From: Candidatus Woesearchaeota archaeon
GTDB taxonomy: Archaea; Nanobdellota; Nanobdellia; SCGC-AAA011-G17; CAYUTI01
Length of the DNA: 64,000 bases
Assembly: GCA_964447685.1 (NCBI GenBank)
Contig: CAYUTI010000002.1
Span: 13,966 to 77,965, forward strand
Direction: 5' to 3'
Shown here one piece after another: positions 1 through 9,605 of the stretch (the stretch's first letter is position 1; each line of letters opens with the position of its first letter). The notes under the pieces are model-generated. The model worked only from the letters and a program-made list of their open reading frames with translations. It ran no database searches and had not been told where the DNA came from. Both the position numbers and the translations under genes were made by a program.

Positions 1-129
1 CGTATTATTGACAAATGTTCCAGTTACATAAGAAATTGTATCTTTAAAAGGTGCTGAAAATAAAGCTATGATATTAAATAAGTATTTATTAAAACGTTTT
101 TATAATATTTTGAATAAAGGTGGTAAAAA

Positions 130-297
130 ATGATTATAGCAATTACAGGATTAATAGGTTTAGTTATCGGTATTAGTATTGGTTCAAAAATATCTGATGA
201 GATATGGATGGCAGGGACTAATAAATACCATATTGAAAAAAAAGGCAGAGTCTATAAAATTATTGACGTTTATAAGCATAAAGCAGGAGAAAAATAA
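130..297 (+). CDS. small membrane protein (55 aa; N-terminal hydrophobic helix MIIAITGLIGLVIGISIG)
   Basis: ORF read by hand; below the 60-aa cut-off of the ORF track. RBS aaaggtgg 7 nt upstream. Stop overlaps the next ATG (TAATG). Confidence 0.35.
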   Translation: MIIAITGLIGLVIGISIGSKISDEIWMAGTNKYHIEKKGRVYKIIDVYKHKAGEK

Positions 298-491
298 TGG
301 CTAAAGCAATAAAAGAAATCTTAATGAGACGTGACAAGTTATCAAGTTTTGAAGCTGATGATTTAATAGCTCAGGCAAAAGAACAACTTAATGAATATCT
401 TGATAGTGGTGATGAAGATTCTGCTTATGATATATGTAAAGAGTTTTTCGGACTTGAGCCTGATTATTTAACTGAACTTTTACCGTTATAA
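297..491 (+). CDS. hypothetical acidic protein, 64 aa
   Basis: ORF track. Translationally coupled to the upstream small ORF. Confidence 0.4.
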   Translation: MAKAIKEILMRRDKLSSFEADDLIAQAKEQLNEYLDSGDEDSAYDICKEFFGLEPDYLTELLPL

Positions 492-497
492 CTGAGG

Positions 498-707
498 TTG
501 ACTATGAAATTAAAAACTTGTCATGACGAAAATAAATTTTGTGATGTATGCGTTGCTAAAGTAGTCTGTGTAAAATGTAGTTCTCAAATATGTGAAAAAT
601 ACGAAACTATAATTTGCAATGAATCGATAATTAAAACGAGTCCTCATTATAAATTGGGTGGAACTGTTTGTTTGAAATGTGCTATTACTAATTTGAAAGC
701 AGGATGA
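498..707 (+). CDS. Cys-rich small protein, possible zinc ribbon (CDVC...CVKC...C..C)
   Basis: ORF track; 9 Cys in 69 aa arranged in CxxC pairs. Confidence 0.4.
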   Translation: MTMKLKTCHDENKFCDVCVAKVVCVKCSSQICEKYETIICNESIIKTSPHYKLGGTVCLKCAITNLKAG

Positions 708-720
708 GAGGTGATGAAAA

Positions 721-1599
721 ATGGATTTAAATGAAAATTCAAAACTAACTGATAGAGATTTCGCAAAATTTGAGATAGGTATAAATGATATTAATCTATC
801 AAAAATGAGCGACATTGAACTTGAAAAATTGTATAAAGATATTAATAATTACATAGAATATTTATCATCATTGTCTGATCTACCTCTGAAACAAAAACAG
901 ATATTAAACAAGAAAATTAATATCTTAATATCTAAAGAACTTATAATTAAAGAGTTACTCAGCAAAAGAAATATCCTTATTAATATAAGAAAAAATTATG
1001 GTAAAGATACTCTAACAAATTTTTACAGAAAACTTGTAGAACTATGTACGGCACCTCAATTTAGAGAAACTATAAGAATTGTTGTTGATAAAAATTCCAC
1101 AGATCTTTATCAATTTAATAAGGAAAATAAATATCGTAATATTGAAAAAGTAGATGGTGGCTATCGTGTCTATTTTTATAAAAGCCCAAGTGTTAGATTA
1201 CCAGTAAGTGAAAAATTTTTTATAGGAAACAATAATAGTGATCTTCTGATAGATGCTATGAAATGGAGAGATGAGGAAGAGGAGCGCCTTATACTAAATG
1301 GTGATCTAATAATAATAAAATTTCCATACAGACTGGTAAATAATAAAGGCAAACGTGCCGGAATTAATAAAGTAAAATCTATATATTGGAACGCTAGTTG
1401 GGTTGAAAATGGGGAACAAAAATATGAATTATTTTCGATTCGGGAATTTGGAAAGAAGGGTGCTAAAAATAAAGCATTGGAGTTTAGAATACAAAAAGAA
1501 AAAGAGATGTTGCAGGAATATAAAGAAACATTAAAAAATATTGGAATTAGTGATAACGTTATTGATCATCTTGTAAAAAAACATACTGAGAAAAAGTAG
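721..1599 (+). CDS. protein with two AP2-like DNA-binding domains (GYRVY...W / W.A.W..NG)
   Basis: Loose match to the AP2 domain pattern common in phage HNH/AP2 proteins. Last + strand gene before the strand switch. Confidence 0.45.
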   Translation: MDLNENSKLTDRDFAKFEIGINDINLSKMSDIELEKLYKDINNYIEYLSSLSDLPLKQKQILNKKINILISKELIIKELLSKRNILINIRKNYGKDTLTNFYRKLVELCTAPQFRETIRIVVDKNSTDLYQFNKENKYRNIEKVDGGYRVYFYKSPSVRLPVSEKFFIGNNNSDLLIDAMKWRDEEEERLILNGDLIIIKFPYRLVNNKGKRAGINKVKSIYWNASWVENGEQKYELFSIREFGKKGAKNKALEFRIQKEKEMLQEYKETLKNIGISDNVIDHLVKKHTEKK

Positions 1600-1612
1600 T
1601 ATTGTATGTAAT

Positions 1613-1638
1613 GCGAGGCTCAAAAATATGAGCCTCGC
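1613..1638. terminator. bidirectional rho-independent terminator hairpin (gcgaggctc-aaaaatat-gagcctcgc) between convergent genes
   Basis: Perfect 9-bp GC-rich stem with an 8-nt loop, read directly. Lies between the + gene ending at 1599 and the - gene ending at 1688. Confidence 0.6.
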
Positions 1639-1687
1639 TTATGCAATTAAATTTTTAACTCAGCTTGAAATGAGTAAGGAGGGCATT

Positions 1688-2110
1688 TTAGGCTCGAACA
1701 TCTTCATCATCTTCTAAAGCAGCTATGTCTGCTTCAAGTTGTTTCAACTCTTCATCTTCATCTATTTTAGGTTTTGTAATAGAAGCTGGCTTTGGTACAA
1801 GTTTAGGTTCAGGTTTCGGTACAAGTTTAGGTTCAGGTTTAGGTACCTGTTTTTGTACAGGTTTAGGTTCTGATTTTTGTTCTGGAACAGGTTTTGCAAC
1901 AGCAGCTATAGCAGTATCAACATTAATACCTTTATCTCTTAACATTTGTAACACAATACCTGCATTAACTTTAGGTCCAAGATCTTTTTTTGCACGACTG
2001 ATTACATAATCAGTAACAGCTTTTGACATCGATTGATAACTATCAAGTGCGCTCTCAGGTACCATTTTATTAGCTACAAGAAGTTTAGCAGCTTTTTCAA
2101 TCATAATCAT
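1688..2110 (-). CDS. Pro/Lys-repeat protein (PKPEPKLV repeats) with acidic C-terminal helix
   Basis: ORF track; 24-nt tandem DNA repeat at about 1790-1850. Confidence 0.5.
   Translation of the reverse strand: MIMIEKAAKLLVANKMVPESALDSYQSMSKAVTDYVISRAKKDLGPKVNAGIVLQMLRDKGINVDTAIAAVAKPVPEQKSEPKPVQKQVPKPEPKLVPKPEPKLVPKPASITKPKIDEDEELKQLEADIAALEDDEDVRA
1790..1850. repeat. tandem 24-nt coding repeat (ggtacaagtttaggttcaggtt x2, plus degenerate copies)
   Basis: Read in sequence; encodes the PKPEPKLV repeats on the - strand. Confidence 0.55.
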
Positions 2111-2121
2111 TCTCCTTCTTT

Positions 2122-5100
2122 TTAGTTTAATATTTGCTTTAATTTAGCATTATCTGCTATATTTAAATCAGAATTTAAAATAGTACTGCATACATGTTCA
2201 AAATATTTCTCATCCTTAGTGTAAAAAATTTTGAAATTATCTTTAAATTTAAATCCCAATTTTGATAAGAATTTATTATTGCAATTTAAACTGTTATTAA
2301 TCATTAAATACACAGCATCATCTTTAATAAGTGGATAAATATTCATTAACCCATTACTTAAATTATTGTGGCTTATTTGATAAAACATTTCGAGATCATC
2401 CGGTAAGTCACCTTCGTGAACTCCATTGTTAATATCTATAACCACTTCTTTAATGAGTTGTAGCTGATGTTTGGCCACTTTATAGCGTGATTTTAAACTC
2501 CTTATAATATAACGGCAATGCTCAATGGATTCTATTTTTACATAATAGAAGCCATTTATCTGCTTGAAACCTATATTAAAAAGTTCAGGATGAGCTGTAT
2601 TTGTTGTTAATGCGTGATATTCATTCAGTGTGCTATAGTTTAATTTAATAGTTTTTTTCAATAGTGCAACTTTATCAGCCTTTATAGTTTTCTTGAATTT
2701 TCCAAAATTTATTCTAGAACTGTTTTGATTGACTCCAATTATTTTACCTGTCCCAAATTCAGTAACAACTTTCCTACCGATTAAGAACCCACTGTATTTT
2801 CTTAGATCATCATATGTATAACTATCAAATTTAATCTTATCATTAGATGATAACGATTTTCTGTAACAACTAAATGATTTATTACTGAAATTCTTATCAC
2901 GTATCCAATTTGTTATAAAAGTTCCATTAATACTTTCTGGTATAGGCATATTTTCAACCCATGGAACTTTAACCATTTTTGATCCTGCCAACTGTTTTGC
3001 GATAATAGGTTTAATTGGTGTAAAATCATCTTTAAGTTTTGCTTCCTCAATTTCTTTTTGTAAATGATTGATATACTCCATATCTTTCTGTAGATATTTA
3101 AATAAACCAATAACTGAAGAATCCGCACTTAAATACTCTTCACATATTACTGGCCTCTCAGGTTTATCGATAGGAGAGTTTTCCATTACTTGAGCATTAA
3201 ATAATTTATTGTAAACTTGATAACAATATTTTAATATGTCGGCACTATTATCACAAAACACATGATTAATGTGAACTGTTTTATTAAGGTTTAAATTATT
3301 TAATGTTATTTTATCAAGATATGGTCTAAAACTTCTTGCAATTAATTGTTTCAGTTTTCCAGCAGACCAGTCAACATCTGGACAGATAATTCTATCACAA
3401 ATTTGAAGATTTACACCTTCGGTTAAGCTTAATATAACAGCAAAAGCAACTTTAATTTTAGGATCGTTAATAAACTTTGTAAGATTTTGTTTATGGCCAG
3501 CATCATAATAGACACTGACATCGCTATACCTACTATACTTCTTTAAATGAGCTGCACTAATTTTATAATGACAGGCAACAATGACCTTACCTTCACCTAA
3601 ATTAATACTTTCTTCTATCAAGTCATCAATTACTTTTAACTTAGGACTAATCTTATCTTTTTTTGAAACGGTAGAAATATCGGTGTTCCCTGCAACGAAT
3701 TCAATAAATTGATTTTTTGTTGGAGCAGTTAAATATTGTTCTAGTGTTGCAAGCTTTCCGAGTAGAGGAGCAGGTATTGTTAATGCTTCATCTTCCCCCG
3801 TAGATGAGCAAAAACGGTTCCACTCGACACTTAAAATAGGATCAGCCGATATTTCTACCATTAACTGATAGACTAACGCACGATAAATCTTTTCTTGAAC
3901 AGGTCGCATCTTTACAAATCTGTGACTATGCTCAATTTTTGGTAATGATGCTGCCCAGTGTTTCTCTCTAAAATTAAGATAATATGTTGATAGATTTAAA
4001 TCCTCTCTAATCTTATCCTTAGCATCAGGCTTCCAATCTTCGTGTTTACCGTTTTGATTAACGTAGCCTAAACCGTATTTATTCCCAAACTCTTTTAGAG
4101 TTCCCATTGCATTAGGATCGAGAAAACCTATTTGACCCACAAGATCTAAAGGAGTGTGTGGAATTAAAGTACCTGTAGATAATCTTCTATATGGAATGGA
4201 AATAAAATCACGACTTGCTATAGATCGTTGACTATCGCTGTTTTTAATAAAATGTGATTCATCTAAGCAGCAATATTCTGGATTTATAGCTTCTTTTAAA
4301 AATTCCAAATTTGGAAAAAACAGATTCCCATATTCATCAATATCATTCTTATTTCGGTTAGAAATAAAATTATAAGTAGAGATAAAGATACTATTAATAG
4401 GAGCTTTTTTACAAAGAGAAGCTATTCTCTTCTTACCCCAGTTTTTAACTGTTTCAGTAGTTATTGGTATTGCGTTAACACTACATCCAGTAAAATAGTT
4501 TATCTCTCCTACGATTTGCCAAACAAGATTATTTGGAACTATTATAATAGCTCTCTTTATCCTGCCACGATTTAACAGGTTTAGAATATCACAAATCATA
4601 ATAAGAGTCTTACCACCACCTGTAGATACATCAATAATAGCTAACTCACCTGCAATATCAAGTTTTGATATACAAGTTCCCTGGTGCTTTAAATAAAAAA
4701 GATCTGTTCTCAGATTAGGGATTTCGGGTAATTTAGTTATTACATTACTATCAAATAGCGCTCTTCTCTTTTCATGAATATATTTTAATTTATCAAACTT
4801 CTTGTAATTCTCTAAAACAATCTGGATATATGCAATTCTTATCAAATAGTTTATTGGAGTTATTTGACAGCTTTTTAATTTAGTTTTTAACAGGTTTTTC
4901 CTATGTCGAATAATATCCAGAAGTATTCTACTTACTCTTTTATCTTTGAAATAAAATGAAATCGGTTGAAGAAAAGAAATATTTTCTATTCCGTTATAAT
5001 GTTCATACTTAGTGAACTGCATTTTTAAAGTAGGATTAAGTTCTTTTATATTAAATCCCAACAATTCACAAAATTCATCTAAAGGTTTATTAAAAGTCCG

Positions 5101-5937
5101 TATTATATCTGTATCTATTACTTTACTGGATTGTCTAAAATCAAATACCTCAATATTACCACTGCTATTACTATAAACAAGAACACCTTTAAACGTATCG
5201 AAACTTATAATTCTGTTTGCAGGTTTTTTACTTTTTAATAGACTATTGATGTATTTTTGTTTGGTGTTTGATAACTCTTCATCAAATTTAGGTATGAAAA
5301 AGATAGTTCCATCACTTATCTTGAATAGGCCATAACGATTTTTATCAGTCTTGACTTTTAAATCGGTATCGAGATAGGAGGGTATTACACCTGTATCATT
5401 CCAAGATTGAATTATTTCAAAAATTAAATTCTCTTTTAATGCTGTTTTACTTTTTTTAAAAAGAGGAGATAGAAAATAAAATAGTTTCTCTTTTAAAACA
5501 GCTTCAGAACTAACATAAAAACACCAATTATAAGCTATATTAACAAAATTTATCTTAACCTTAAAATCATTTTTTGATAAAACAACTGAAAAATTACCGC
5601 TATTAGTTGGATTATCATAAGAATCTATAAGTTTGTCATTAATAAAGATTTCTTTAAATACATAATCTCTAAATTCTATTTTAGACATAGATGAGAAACG
5701 TCTTTTAAACTTATCCTCAAGACCTATTCTGGCTTTACATAACAGGGGACTAAACAGTTCTTTATTTTCATGAATCTCTAAAGCACCTGTTATTATTTTA
5801 CTCTGTTTTTCAAAACTTTTAAAAAACTTTTTTTTAGTTGTTTCTTGTATGATATTAAAAACTGATGTTTTAAAACTGTTTAAAAACTCAATTAAATCAT
5901 TTTTGTTATTTCTTTCGAGTAGAAATTTCACAGTCAT
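2122..5937 (-). CDS. superfamily-2 (SNF2/DEAD-like) helicase, 1271 aa
   Basis: Walker A VSTGGGKT, motif II CCLDESH, motif VI QLIARSFR. Large unassigned N- and C-terminal extensions. ATG confirmed at 5937. Confidence 0.8.
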   Translation of the reverse strand: MTVKFLLERNNKNDLIEFLNSFKTSVFNIIQETTKKKFFKSFEKQSKIITGALEIHENKELFSPLLCKARIGLEDKFKRRFSSMSKIEFRDYVFKEIFINDKLIDSYDNPTNSGNFSVVLSKNDFKVKINFVNIAYNWCFYVSSEAVLKEKLFYFLSPLFKKSKTALKENLIFEIIQSWNDTGVIPSYLDTDLKVKTDKNRYGLFKISDGTIFFIPKFDEELSNTKQKYINSLLKSKKPANRIISFDTFKGVLVYSNSSGNIEVFDFRQSSKVIDTDIIRTFNKPLDEFCELLGFNIKELNPTLKMQFTKYEHYNGIENISFLQPISFYFKDKRVSRILLDIIRHRKNLLKTKLKSCQITPINYLIRIAYIQIVLENYKKFDKLKYIHEKRRALFDSNVITKLPEIPNLRTDLFYLKHQGTCISKLDIAGELAIIDVSTGGGKTLIMICDILNLLNRGRIKRAIIIVPNNLVWQIVGEINYFTGCSVNAIPITTETVKNWGKKRIASLCKKAPINSIFISTYNFISNRNKNDIDEYGNLFFPNLEFLKEAINPEYCCLDESHFIKNSDSQRSIASRDFISIPYRRLSTGTLIPHTPLDLVGQIGFLDPNAMGTLKEFGNKYGLGYVNQNGKHEDWKPDAKDKIREDLNLSTYYLNFREKHWAASLPKIEHSHRFVKMRPVQEKIYRALVYQLMVEISADPILSVEWNRFCSSTGEDEALTIPAPLLGKLATLEQYLTAPTKNQFIEFVAGNTDISTVSKKDKISPKLKVIDDLIEESINLGEGKVIVACHYKISAAHLKKYSRYSDVSVYYDAGHKQNLTKFINDPKIKVAFAVILSLTEGVNLQICDRIICPDVDWSAGKLKQLIARSFRPYLDKITLNNLNLNKTVHINHVFCDNSADILKYCYQVYNKLFNAQVMENSPIDKPERPVICEEYLSADSSVIGLFKYLQKDMEYINHLQKEIEEAKLKDDFTPIKPIIAKQLAGSKMVKVPWVENMPIPESINGTFITNWIRDKNFSNKSFSCYRKSLSSNDKIKFDSYTYDDLRKYSGFLIGRKVVTEFGTGKIIGVNQNSSRINFGKFKKTIKADKVALLKKTIKLNYSTLNEYHALTTNTAHPELFNIGFKQINGFYYVKIESIEHCRYIIRSLKSRYKVAKHQLQLIKEVVIDINNGVHEGDLPDDLEMFYQISHNNLSNGLMNIYPLIKDDAVYLMINNSLNCNNKFLSKLGFKFKDNFKIFYTKDEKYFEHVCSTILNSDLNIADNAKLKQILN

Positions 5938-5947
5938 GATTCACACA

Positions 5948-6715
5948 CTATATTATTGTTAACAATGGTTTCTTATATAGCAGTTTTTTAAACTCTGCTT
6001 TTACTTTCTTGTTCATAGTTTTTTTATCTTTGAGATCTTTCTCACTCAATTTGAATATATAACGTATATGCTGAGGAGTGAAATTGAGAACTGTTTTAAG
6101 ATACATTTTTTCAGGATTATCATCATTGCCTTCTATTAACTGGATCTTTTGAGTTCCAATAGTTAGTTCAAATTTATCTCCTGATTTTTTAAACCCTTTA
6201 TCTTTAATAAACGTTACAAGATTACGATCATTCCACATAACGTCTTTTGTAAGTTTAATTGGAATAGTAGAAATCATACGCCACATAGAACGTTTTTCAT
6301 CATAATAAACAGCATCTATCCTCTCTTTGAATATTCGTGTTATCATGTCATTATCAAAAAGATAGCGTAAAATCATTTCTGCTTTATTTGTTATCTTATC
6401 ACGGTTATTATAAAAACGTTGCTGCAACGATTTAGCAACTTCCATATCCAGATGAGCTGTTGATGGATCTTCAAATGGGATACCAAGTTTACTGCAATAG
6501 TTTGTAAAAATAATCTTTACAAAAGCCCATTTCTTTTTTAGATCATCTGGATATTTTTCCCTAATTATAGCCCCATGTTTTTTATAAAAAATAGGCCATT
6601 CTGCTTTAGCTCTTTCACTGATAAAATCAGGAGGTGTTTTAGGCCCAGGTTTTTTATATTTCAATCCATTAGTAGATTGAATAAGATTTTTTGAAATTAC
6701 ATCCTGAAATTTCAT
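5948..6715 (-). CDS. hypothetical protein, 255 aa
   Basis: ORF track; tight spacing in the - strand operon. Confidence 0.5.
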   Translation of the reverse strand: MKFQDVISKNLIQSTNGLKYKKPGPKTPPDFISERAKAEWPIFYKKHGAIIREKYPDDLKKKWAFVKIIFTNYCSKLGIPFEDPSTAHLDMEVAKSLQQRFYNNRDKITNKAEMILRYLFDNDMITRIFKERIDAVYYDEKRSMWRMISTIPIKLTKDVMWNDRNLVTFIKDKGFKKSGDKFELTIGTQKIQLIEGNDDNPEKMYLKTVLNFTPQHIRYIFKLSEKDLKDKKTMNKKVKAEFKKLLYKKPLLTII

Positions 6716-6773
6716 AAATGTCCTCTACTTTTCAAAGGCTTTTCTTAAACCCTTTTCCATAAAACGTATTTCA

Positions 6774-7148
6774 TCACGATATCCTAAATAATTTTGCCCT
6801 GCCTTTGATAAGCTCTATTATATAATCAGCAGTTGCAAAAGAAGGTAGTTTTGGTGTCATGTATTTTGTAAGAGTTCTACCAGTTTTCTGATCAACTATA
6901 ATTGCCTTTGAAATATAGGGAGGAAAACCACCATTAGATTTCGTAATATGATCATTAACTTGTCCAGGTAAATAACTATACATTAATTTCCAAACCCATT
7001 TTGCTAAATTATTGTCGACAGGTTTACCAGAATCTTTTATGTTAAATTCTTGAGTTCTTTTTTCTCCATCTTCAATAAAGTTAACAATAAGTGGAACTAT
7101 TTTATCATTTCCACCTCTAACTGTTGTATTAATATAAACGTATTTCAT
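6774..7148 (-). CDS. hypothetical protein, MKYV-family N-terminus (MKYVYINTT); start trimmed from 7175
   Basis: An internal ATG gives the family motif. An aaggat RBS sits 8 nt upstream. The track start at 7175 would overlap the upstream gene. Confidence 0.45.
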   Translation of the reverse strand: MKYVYINTTVRGGNDKIVPLIVNFIEDGEKRTQEFNIKDSGKPVDNNLAKWVWKLMYSYLPGQVNDHITKSNGGFPPYISKAIIVDQKTGRTLTKYMTPKLPSFATADYIIELIKGRAKLFRIS

Positions 7149-7158
7149 ATCAGTATCC

Positions 7159-7545
7159 TTAATCTTCATCATCATCAGGTAAATAACCCAAGTTTACAAG
7201 AAATGTCTTAAGCCCCTGTTTAGATTTAAAAGCCTTTATTAAGCCCTTTTCCATAAATGGAACCAGTATTCTTGCAAGTCGCTCCGTTTTAAGTTCGTAA
7301 CCAATTGTTTCGTCAAAAAAAGCATGACTGGCAAAATTAGACATAGATTTAGTGATACGTGTAAATAGTGCTTCAAACTGATCTACTTTAGCCCTATCAC
7401 GTTGTAACTCTTCATCTATGTCGAATACATTATCACTATTACCTTCTTCAGCTTTAATTCTAATGAGGTTTCCCTTTAATGCTGATTCAACAACAGCAAT
7501 GGCCTGTAAAGGACTTATTTTCTTTCTCTTAATATCATCAGACAT
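7159..7545 (-). CDS. hypothetical protein, 128 aa
   Basis: ORF track. Confidence 0.5.
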   Translation of the reverse strand: MSDDIKRKKISPLQAIAVVESALKGNLIRIKAEEGNSDNVFDIDEELQRDRAKVDQFEALFTRITKSMSNFASHAFFDETIGYELKTERLARILVPFMEKGLIKAFKSKQGLKTFLVNLGYLPDDDED

Positions 7546-7566
7546 AGAAAAATCCTTTTCAGTTAG

Positions 7567-8184
7567 TTATTTGTTTATGGATGAAAGAAGAGACTTTGCA
7601 TATTTCTCAATTATTTTTGATCGTTTTCCCCAAGCTTCACCGGCTGGAGATCCAACAAGCTCTTCAACAAATCCTTTAGGAATTTTAACTTTAGTTGAAA
7701 TACGAACATGTGGAGATTTCGTATCAGGAGGCAGCATTGTATAGCTAACAAATCTTGAGAAATCTGGACGTAGTGAATATTTTTCAAGCTTAGATGTTAG
7801 ATTAGAAACAACATCAACATCATCGATTTCATATTGACTGTTTAAACTAACAACAGCACTACCATCTTCAGGAAAATTAATACTTTTAATAGTAGAAGAT
7901 TTATGTTTCAACTGATTATTAAGATCAAAATTCAAGTCGCTGATAATCTTACCAACTTCCTCAACACCACGACCAATAAACCTTCTTACATATTCATTAC
8001 TAAGAACTTCTTCTATCTTTTCCTCTTCTTCCTCTGTAGGTAAATCAGTTTTCAATTCGTCATTAATAGACTCATTGCATTGCATATTTATACGTTTAGC
8101 AATTTTAGATGGAACCTGTAATTCAGAAGTTATAGACTTTTTGATTCCGTTTTTAACTCTAATACTTAACGCAGATGGATTCAT
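7567..8184 (-). CDS. hypothetical protein, 205 aa
   Basis: ORF track. Confidence 0.5.
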   Translation of the reverse strand: MNPSALSIRVKNGIKKSITSELQVPSKIAKRINMQCNESINDELKTDLPTEEEEEKIEEVLSNEYVRRFIGRGVEEVGKIISDLNFDLNNQLKHKSSTIKSINFPEDGSAVVSLNSQYEIDDVDVVSNLTSKLEKYSLRPDFSRFVSYTMLPPDTKSPHVRISTKVKIPKGFVEELVGSPAGEAWGKRSKIIEKYAKSLLSSINK

Positions 8185-8224
8185 CTTAAATCTCCTTTGT
8201 TAATCAGTTTTTAATCTTAAATAT

Positions 8225-8770
8225 TTATTTAGAAAGTAAATGACTTCTTAAATTTTCTTCAAGTACAAGTAAACCTTCTTGAAGTTCTTTACCAAGATGT
8301 GTATAGATAGTGTTGAAACTTTCTTTAACCTGTTGCTTATTCCCAACTTCTTTACTGAGACTTACCATTTCTCGTTTCAGATTTTTTCCGAAATTGAGAA
8401 TAAGACGTTCTATAACAGGTTTAAGGAGATTAAACACTTCTTCACTAATTACTTCCCAGTTAATTATATTATTAAGCTGGTCTTCAAGTCCTTGATATTG
8501 ATTCATCAAATTAGTAATAGCGTAGGCATAATTGGGATAAGGTTTTGTAAGGTACATACCTTCAGCTATCGGAACAAGACCAGCGCATACCTCCAACATT
8601 AAATTTAAACGCTCCGTTGGATTCATTTTTTTAATGTCTTCCGGTCTAAAACTTGCCTTTTCGATAATTTTCTCAACGTCAATTTCTTTACCAGGTTTTG
8701 AAACTTTTTCTACAAGATCTCTAGCTTTCTTATCTGATAGTTTTATGACGTTATCATTAGATCTTCCCAT
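8225..8770 (-). CDS. hypothetical protein, 181 aa
   Basis: ORF track. Confidence 0.5.
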   Translation of the reverse strand: MGRSNDNVIKLSDKKARDLVEKVSKPGKEIDVEKIIEKASFRPEDIKKMNPTERLNLMLEVCAGLVPIAEGMYLTKPYPNYAYAITNLMNQYQGLEDQLNNIINWEVISEEVFNLLKPVIERLILNFGKNLKREMVSLSKEVGNKQQVKESFNTIYTHLGKELQEGLLVLEENLRSHLLSK

Positions 8771-8807
8771 ATTACACCCCTACTATTACAATGAATTATT
8801 ATCAATA

Positions 8808-9566
8808 TTATTTTATTTTGTTTAATATTTCTGAATAAGCATCAGGATAAGCTTTTTTCAAATATTCCATTACTTCAGCCTTACTTGAAGCAGCTTGGAT
8901 ATTAATCTTATTAAGAATAGCTGAAGCTGGAATAGCTACTTCTTGATCCTGAACTTTTACAGTTACCATATCTCCTTCATTACTGATATCTGAGATTTGT
9001 CCCAAAGATTTTCCAGGATTACCATCAACATCAAGAGTAAAGAATTCTACGAAATCATCAGCTTCAATAGTTTCTTCAAATGTGTTTGGATTAACACTAA
9101 GAGCAACATTTGATGAAGAAGTTATATAGAGTGCGTTCTGCATAATTTCTTCAAGCTGATCATCATTTTGTCTAATATAGAAATTTTTACCGTCAATATT
9201 TTCTTTTGTCCATACTTGATTAAGGTCAGTATCAAGATAACTATTTGCACTGATTTGAGTAAAGCCTTTAACAGCTTCTTCTGTTTTATGTTGAATAGCT
9301 GAGCGATAAGCTATCATGGAAGCATAAAAACCATGTTTGTCCTCATAGGTTTTAAAAGTTTCATTGTATGGAACAAGTTTATTATCAGTTGCAGCAAAAA
9401 TGAATTCTCTTGCACTATTGAGATTAATTGGAGTTGCGCTTCCAATAATAATTTTTGTAGAGTGATTACCCAGTAAACTTGCTGATACAGTGTACATTCC
9501 AAGCGTAGCGTTCTCAGATTTTGCTTTCATGTAATTGTTGATAATGTTCTTTGCGTTTGCCTTCAT
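8808..9566 (-). CDS. hypothetical protein, 252 aa (possible virion protein)
   Basis: ORF track. Confidence 0.5.
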   Translation of the reverse strand: MKANAKNIINNYMKAKSENATLGMYTVSASLLGNHSTKIIIGSATPINLNSAREFIFAATDNKLVPYNETFKTYEDKHGFYASMIAYRSAIQHKTEEAVKGFTQISANSYLDTDLNQVWTKENIDGKNFYIRQNDDQLEEIMQNALYITSSSNVALSVNPNTFEETIEADDFVEFFTLDVDGNPGKSLGQISDISNEGDMVTVKVQDQEVAIPASAILNKINIQAASSKAEVMEYLKKAYPDAYSEILNKIK

Positions 9567-9605
9567 AAAAATTAATCTCCTTTAATTTGATTTGCGTTTT
9601 CAAGA

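Noticed and set aside
510-815. - strand 101-aa ORF overlapping the + strand genes at 498-707 and 721-1599
   Set aside because: Low-complexity reading of AT-rich sequence antisense to better-supported + genes.
1725-2009. + strand 94-aa Gly/Ser-rich ORF
   Set aside because: Antisense mirror of the PKP-repeat gene; a low-complexity artefact.
9314-9502. 62-aa ORF nested in 8808-9566 (same strand, other frame), and similar nested ORFs (2913-3128, 23434-23655, 42935-43168, 53656-54093, 58618-58803)
   Set aside because: Nested within longer well-supported ORFs; no independent evidence.
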